Position numbers and translations under genes: made by a program. Shown one piece after another: positions 8,508 through 15,131 of a DNA stretch of 15,131 bases; the stretch's first letter is position 1; each line of letters begins with the position of its first letter. The notes under the pieces were generated by a model. The model ran no database searches and was not told the DNA's origin. It saw nothing but the letters and a program-made list of their open reading frames with translations. Source of the DNA: Paramoeba atlantica (lineage: Eukaryota > Protista > Discosea); NCBI GenBank assembly GCA_977017575.1, contig CDRNVI010000129.1, positions 1-15,131 on the forward strand. The letters are read 5' to 3'.

Positions 8508-11500
8508 ATGAAAACTACATGATATAATAATATAATAAAACATAATATAAAAAATAATAAAATAGTTTTATTTGATAATAAAACAGATTATAATGAGTTA
8601 TCTTTATATAATTTAAATTATAAGAGTAAAAATTTTTTATTATTAAATAATGTTATTGATGTTATTAGTGATAATATTTATTCAGAAATAAAAAATTTCA
8701 ATCTTAATTTAATAATAAATATTTATTATTTAATGAATAAATTTTTTAAATTTAATATTAATAAAAAATTTTATAAATTAGAGTATTTAAATAATAAATA
8801 TTTATTATTGAATTTAAATAATTCTAAATCGTTTTTTGTTATAAAAGATAATTATAAAAATTTTTATAATAATTTTTTTCAAAATTCTTTTATGAATTTT
8901 TTAGATTGTAATAAAAAATTTATATATAATAGAAAGTTAAGGTATAAAAATTATAATTTTTTATTATCATATAAAAATAAATTAAGAAAAAAATTGTTTT
9001 TAAAGCAAACTCGTTTTAATAATATAGATAATGAAGATTTTTTAAATTTTGGACCAGAAAATGGTTTATATTTTCAAACTATAAGTAATAGTTTTAGAAA
9101 GAAAAGAGAAGAAAAGAGAAGAAGAAAACAACAATTATTTCATTATAATAATAATATAATAAAAAAAACTATTTTTTTAAAAAAAGGTCAAGTATTTTTA
9201 GGTTATAATTTTAAGTCTTTATCAAAATTAAATTTATTTAATTTAGATTATATAAAATTTAATAATAATTTTTATATAAGAAAAAAATATTGTCTTGAAA
9301 AGAATAAAAAAAATTTATTTTTATTATTTAGAAAAGAAAATTTATTAAAATATTATAATAAAAAATATTTAAAATATAAAAAATTTAATATAAAAAATTT
9401 TTATAATAATTATTATTTTTTATTTAAAAAATTATTGTATAAAAAAAATAAAAATAAATTATATAGAAAGAGAAAAATTTTAATTAAAAAAAAATTTAAA
9501 AATAAATTATATAATTATAATTTATTTTTAAATAAACTAAATTTATTTAAAAATAAAAAAGAAAAGAGAAATTTATTTAATATTAGATATAATTTTTTTT
9601 ATAAAATATATAATATTAATTTATGAAAAAAATATAAAAGAAAAGAGAAATTTTTAGATTATATAAAAAGAATAAAAAATAACTTTTATTCTTTAAAATT
9701 ATATAAAAGAAAAGAAAAAAGAATAAAATTATATAATTATTCATATTTAATTAAAAGAAAAAAATTATTAAATTATAATTTTTTATATTTTATAAAAAAT
9801 TTATATATTAATAGTATTTATAATAATATTAAAAATAAATTTTTATATAAAAATTATAAAAAATTTTATATAATGAATAAATTTTTATATACTATTAATT
9901 CGAATATTGATTATAAAATATTAAAAATATTTTTAATAATATTAAATAATATTAAATTATTAAATAATTATAAAATTTCTAAAAATGTTAAAAATTTCTT
10001 TTTTAAGAATAGTTTTAATAACATATTAAAAAAAAGAAATTGAAAACAAATAAATAAATATTTATATTTTCGTATTTTTAATAAATATAATTATAATAAA
10101 ATTAATAATTATAAATATAAAAAGAAAAAAATTAAAAAATTTATAAATATAAAAAGAAAAAATTCAAAATTTTTTATTATTAAAAAATCAACAACAAAAG
10201 AAAAAAAAATATATAAATTTGATAAATTTTTTTATAATATTTCTTTAAATTTAATTAAATTAAATAAATTACATAAAAAAAAGGGAATAAAGAAAAAAAA
10301 TTATTTTAATAATAATAAAAATATGAAATCTTTAATAAATTATTATATTTACAATTATAATAATAAAGATTTATTGAATTTTAATATTTATAATTATAAT
10401 TGTAAATATAATAAATTTAATAAAGATTATTGTTCTCATAAATATAAAAATTTTAAAGTTTATAAATATAAAAATTTTATATTTAATAGTTATGAATTAG
10501 ATTATTACAATATAATAAATAAATTTCATAAAAAAAAATGAAATTTTTATATTATAAATGAAAAAGAAAAGAATGATTTATATTATAAATGAAAATCTAT
10601 AAAGATACCTTATAATAATTTTTTAGTATTTTCTTGTAATATTAATTGTGAAAATTATTTAATAAAAGTTTTAACTAAGATTAAAAAGAATTATATTTTT
10701 TATTCAAAAAATTTATTAAATAATAATTCAATTATATCTAAAAGAAAAGAGAATAAAAGTTTAAAAAAGAGAAATTTTATATCTTATAATTGTAATTTAA
10801 TTGATAATTTAAAATTAAATAAAAGAAAAGAGAAAAATTTAAAATCTTGAACTTATTATTTATTTATAAATAATAATTTAATAAAAGAAAAGAGAAAAAT
10901 AATTTTAAAACCAATAAAAGAAAAAAAAAATATTAAAAACTCAATTTGTTTATGAAAAAAAAGAAATTGATTTATAAATAAATCTTTTACTCAGAAGAGT
11001 TCATATTTAAAATTTTATAATAGAAAGAAGAAAGTATTTATATTAATTCAAAAAAATAATTTAAAGAAAAGAGAAAAAAAATTATTAAATTTATATTTAA
11101 CAGGAAAAAAGAGAAGATTCTATAGGTATAATAATATTACATCTTTTTTTTTAAATTATAAGTTTATTAATAATAATAAAACATTATTATTTAAACAAAT
11201 GAAAAAAAAATTAAAAATTTTATTTAAAAAAGGTTTATTTAAAAAAAGTAGTATGTATTTTTTTAGAAGAACATTATTAGTAGAATATCCTAAATGATCA
11301 TTAATAAAAGAAAATTATTTTAAACGTAATGAAGATAATATAATGTCGTATTTATCAAAATATATACATTTTAAAATTTATAATATATATAGAAAAATAT
11401 ATAATATTGATTTATTATTTTTAAAACGAATTAATCAATATAAAAATTTTAGTAAACTAAATTATTCAAAAATTTTAATTAATATTAGAAGTAATTTGTT

Positions 11501-11987
11501 ACAATATTTTTATAACAAAAATAAGACTTTCAAAAGTTTTATTAAAAATAAAGTTTACTATAATAAATTTTTAGTAAAAAATGTATCAATAAAAAATTAT
11601 ATATTATTTAATAATATTAATGATTATACTAATAATTATAAAAATATAAATAATTTGAAATATAATAATTCTATATATAGTTATTATAAATATTTTTTAA
11701 AATTAGTATTATTTAATAATTTGATTTTAAAAAATAATTATACTAAAAAAATAAATTGTGATATTAGTTTATTTATTACTAAATTTATGAAAAATTTAAA
11801 TATAATATATAAGTATATATATAGTATTAAGTATTCAAATAAAAAAAATTTAAATTATTATTCAAAATTAAATGAAATAAATTTTTTTAATAATATTTAT
11901 GACTATGATTATAGTTTATTAAATAATAATAGCTTAATAAATTATAAATTAAATACTGTTACTTTATTAAATTCTAAAAAATATTAA
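8508..11987 (+). CDS. orf1159, giant K/N/Y/F/I/L-rich orphan ORF
   Basis: ATG 8508, 3 nt after the rps13 stop. No TAA or TAG in frame until 11985-11987. Nine in-frame TGA (8520, 9624, 10041, 10539, 10590, 10848, 10953, 10968, 11295) join the ORF-track pieces 8733-9626, 10323-10541 and 11343-11987, which all share one frame. Confidence 0.85.
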
Positions 11988-12225
11988 TTAAATAATATTT
12001 AATTAATAAATTTAAAAAGAAATTTTTAAATTTGAATATTATTATTAATTTGAATAATAATAATATTTTTAAAATAAGGTAAAAAGAAAAAAATATTTTT
12101 ATCTTATATATGTTTGCACCTTCAAGATGTTGTATAGAAAAAGAAAGAAAAGAATAAACGTGAAAAAATGATTAAGAAAATTATTTAGTAATTAAATTAT
12201 AGTAATAAAAAAAAAAATTATTATT

Positions 12226-12606
12226 ATGCCACAATTAGATTTAGGAATTTTATTTTTAGAATTAGTTTTAAATTTTATATTTTTTTGATTAATTTATATT
12301 TATTATGCAAGATATATATTCCCTTTAATAAATAAAACTATTAAATTAAGAAAATATAAATTAAAATCTATAATAAAAAGATTATTATTATTAGAATCAA
12401 ATATTTTATTTATTATAAAATTAAATTTAAGTATTTTATTAAATAATAATTTTTTATTAAATAAATTTGTTGTTTTATTAAAATCTAAAATTAATAATAT
12501 TAAAATTATTATTTTTAGTAAATTATATATATTAGGTTTAAATTTCTTAAAAAAAGAATCTTTATTAAATAAAAAATATTTTATAATAAAAACAATATAT
12601 AAATAA
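12226..12606 (+). CDS. atp8: ATP synthase subunit 8 (orfB/ymf19 type, 126 aa; missing from the ORF track)
   Basis: N-terminal MPQLD signature, then hydrophobic LGILFLELVLNFIFFW(TGA 12286)LIYIYY, then IFPLINKTIKLRK. TAA 12604-12606 overlaps the cob ATG (TAATG). Confidence 0.9.
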
Positions 12607-13388
12607 TGAGATTAGTTAAAAAAGATATTTTTGTAAATGCATTTTATAATGCTTTAGTAGTTTATCCAGCTCCTGCTAATATAACTTATGCTTGAAATTT
12701 AGGAGTTAGTGCTGGTTTGTTTTTAATTATTCAGATTTTAACAGGTGTTATTTTAGCTATGTATTATACACCTAATGCTGATTTAGCTTTTGCTAGTGTT
12801 AGACATATAGTTAATGATGTACATTTTGGTGATATGCTAAGAATGTACCATGCTAGTGGATCATCAGTTTTTTTTTTTGTAATATATTTACATGTATTTA
12901 GAGGTTTATATTATGGTTCATATACTTATCCTAGACAATTTGTATGAGTATCTGGTGTTATAATATTATTAATTATGATTATAACAGCTTTTGTAGGTTA
13001 TGTTTTACCTTGGGGTCAAATGAGTTTTTGAGCAGCAACTGTTATTACTAATTTAGTGTCAGTTATACCTTTTGTAGGTAATGATATATTATTATGATTA
13101 TGAGGTGGATTTTCTGTTGATGAAGCTACATTACATCGTTTTTTTAGTTTACATTATTTATTACCTTTTGTTATAGCAGCTTTAGCTGGAGTTCATATTA
13201 TATTATTACATGAAGTTGGTTCTAATAATATATTAGGTATTAATCATAAGGTAGATCAAATACCATTTCATCCTTATTTTGTTTTTAAAGATTTATTTAG
13301 TTCATTATTATTATTATTTGGTTTTAATATGTATGCTATAAAACATACTCCAAGTATAATAGACGCAGATAATTTTATTCCAACATAA
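12606..13388 (+). CDS. cob: Apocytochrome b, 3'-truncated (homology ends at about 13382, codon 259; TAA follows at 13386)
   Basis: [12 protein letters not shown], all four heme His ligands (MYHASG, YLHVFRG, SLHYLL, VHIILLH), [23 protein letters not shown] and DNFIP are present. The PEWY motif and helices F-H are absent. Confidence 0.95.
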
Positions 13389-13475
13389 ATTTGTTGGAAA
13401 AGTAACAGTAAAAAGTTGTTAATGAAAAAAAATAAATTCATTAACAACAACGTTGATGAAAAATATCAATCAACG
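13378..13475. repeat. Three consecutive perfect inverted repeats (hairpins) at the cob breakpoint
   Basis: TTCCAACA/TGTTGGAA (13378-85/13392-99), GTTGTTAATGAA/TTCATTAACAAC (13415-26/13437-48) and CGTTGAT/ATCAACG (13451-57/13469-75). Confidence 0.9.
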
Positions 13476-15131
13476 CTGTTAAATTTCCAACAAAATAATG
13501 TCAGAAAAAAATTTCTGCCGAAATAATTTAGCTGATTAAATTTTTATCACGACAAAAATATTTTTTTGTGGATCAATTAAATCGTTATTAACAAAAAAGT
13601 TATAACGCTGTTAATTTTCCAACCTAAAAATTTTTTATCTCTCAAAAAATATTTTTTGATGTTCAAAGTTATCGTTTGATAACAAAAAAGTTATAACGCT
13701 GTAACTTTTCCAACAAAAAAAATTTTTTTTCGTGTTAAAAATTATTTTTGATCAATAAAAATTATTTTCGATGTTCAAATTCATCGTTTGATAACAAAAA
13801 AGTTATAACGCTGTTAATTTTCCATCAAAAATTATTTTTTTTTGCTTCAAAAATTTTTTTTAACATAAAAATTTATAATGATGATTACAAAATAAGTGTT
13901 GCAACTCAAAAAAGTTGTTTAACACTGTTAATTTTCCATCAACATCATAATTTTTATTTAAAAATTTTAATCAAGATCAATTTTATAAACATTTTTTGTA
14001 AAAAAATTAAAATTTTTACTGGAAAATTACGGTGAGATGCATAAAAATTAGATTTAAACATAAATTTATGCAAACTACCGTTTAATTTCCAACAAAATTT
14101 AAATTTTTTTCATTCAAAAATAGATTTTTTTAATTTTTCGCCGACAAAATTGAAAAAAAATTGAATTTTCATTCAAAAAGTTGTAAAATTGAGTCTCAGG
14201 ATGAAAAAGTGGAAAAAGACCACATTTTATCAATTCGACGCTAAATTAGCAAAAAATTTCAATTTCTACACCTAAATGACTGTAGAAATTGGTGTTTTCC
14301 TACAATTTTGTGGAAATCCCTGACAAACACTGCTAAATTTCCAACAAAAAGTCAATTTGCAGGTGCTGCCCGTGGATTTTCCAACAAAATACTAGCAAAA
14401 CTACTCAAAATGCTATTTTTCCGGCAGAAAACCGTCAAAATCTGCTTTTTCTGGGCAGGAATGACAAAAACGGCCCAAAAAAGGCCCTGTCATTTTGCCC
14501 AAAAACGCAGTATTTTTTCCTGTTCTGGCCTGCAAATTAGCGGATGTCCAAAGCCCCCAAAAAAAGTGACTTGGACTCCGAGCCGACTCGAAAAGTCGTA
14601 TTTTCCGGCAGAAACGAAAAAATATGCCACATTTTGTCCGACGATTATTTACAACTTTTTCTCGCATCCCATCATGGCGATTTTGCGGATCTGCAGGTTG
14701 GGAGGGAGCCAACTGCATTTTTTGGCCGTTTTGAACCCGTTTTGTAAAAAATCGCATATATAAACTCCATAATTTCCCCTCAGAAATCTGCCACTTTTGG
14801 AGGCCAAAAAGTGTTTTGCAGAATCTCGAGGGCAAAATAGGAGTTTTTTGACCCGATTTTGTGAACAAAACTGGCATCAAAAACTATTCCAAATGCTCCA
14901 ATCCGAATTTCAGCTATTGAACACTAAAAATGCTGAAAATCGCTATTTCGCACTGGAATTCCGCCAAAACTCCTTTTCAATGCGTATTTTGGGCGAGAAA
15001 ACCGTCGATTTTATAATTTTTAAACTTTTTTTTGTATAATTTATCATTTTTAGCGCGGATTTCTATAATTTCTCGCATAATTTATTAGTTTTATAGCGTT
15101 GTAGTTAAAATTTTCATAATTTTATCATCAA
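13383..15131. other. Non-mitochondrial-like, non-coding DNA (nuclear-type repeat and periodic A/T-tract sequence)
   Basis: The codon-like structure of the upstream genes is lost. GC and CG dinucleotides rise visibly, especially at 14300-14950. A4-6/T4-6 tracts occur about every 10 bp, and no recognisable protein motifs are present. Confidence 0.75.
13471..13940 (+). repeat. Degenerate tandem repeat of ~90-130 bp units, core (ATCGTTTGAT)AACAAAAAAGTTATAACGCTGTTAATTTTCCAWC
   Basis: The anchor AACRCTG occurs at 13472, 13604, 13695, 13807 and 13921. The near-identical ~43-nt core is at 13581-13623, 13671-13714 and 13783-13826. Decayed TTTCCAACAAAA cores recur near 14086, 14338 and 14378. Confidence 0.85.

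Noticed and set aside
8508-11987. Calling orf1159 rps11 or rps4 from position, or a homing endonuclease, maturase or plasmid polymerase from size
   Set aside because: None of the diagnostic motifs could be found by eye, so it is left unassigned pending profile searches.
12095-12165. Possible tRNA around CCTTCAAGAT
   Set aside because: No acceptor stem, D arm or proper GTTCRA T arm could be assembled.
148-12947. ORF-track fragments suggesting split genes or pseudogenes (nad7 in two parts, rpl6 in two, rps3 in two, a short cob)
   Set aside because: These are artefacts of treating TGA as a stop. The pieces share a frame and join at conserved Trp positions.
13581-13940. CRISPR-like repeat-spacer appearance
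   Set aside because: The repeats are degenerate, the spacers vary widely in length and resemble each other, there are no cas genes, and the context is eukaryotic.
13748-15039. ORFs 13748-14035, 14308-14763, 14413-14880 (-), 14544-14747 and 14797-15039
   Set aside because: They overlap one another on both strands, their F/K richness simply reflects the A/T tracts, and they have no recognisable domains. None contains the missing cob 3' half.
13383-15131. Group I or group II intron interrupting cob
   Set aside because: There is no GTGCG 5' end, no recognisable P/Q/R/S core or domain V, no intron-encoded protein and no downstream exon in the window. An exon beyond the window cannot be formally excluded.

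Overview
Positions 1 to about 13,382 are an extremely AT-rich, gene-dense protist mitochondrial genome segment with every gene on the + strand. It uses TGA=Trp (translation table 4), which is why the supplied ORF track breaks most genes into fragments. Re-read by hand with TGA=Trp, the order is nad9 (5'-partial), nad7, rpl11, orf126 (rpl10-like), rps12, rps7, rpl2, rps19, rps3 (expanded), rpl16, rpl14, rpl5, rps14, rps8, rpl6, orf62, rps13, orf1159, a 238-nt gap, atp8 and cob. This content and order resemble amoebozoan mtDNAs such as Acanthamoeba and Dictyostelium, but the taxon is inferred, not identified. cob breaks off after codon 259, just before the PEWY motif, at a cluster of three hairpins. 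The remaining ~1.75 kb looks non-mitochondrial and non-coding: a degenerate ~90-130 bp tandem repeat, then 10-bp-phased A/T tracts with several inverted repeats. The window is therefore a very recent NUMT junction, a chimeric join, or an unusual chromosome end. The main points of interest are the 1159-codon orphan ORF seeded with a frame-independent 13-mer, the junction itself, a natural G143A-equivalent in cob, and two hidden small ORFs. All translations and counts were done by eye; no database searches were run.
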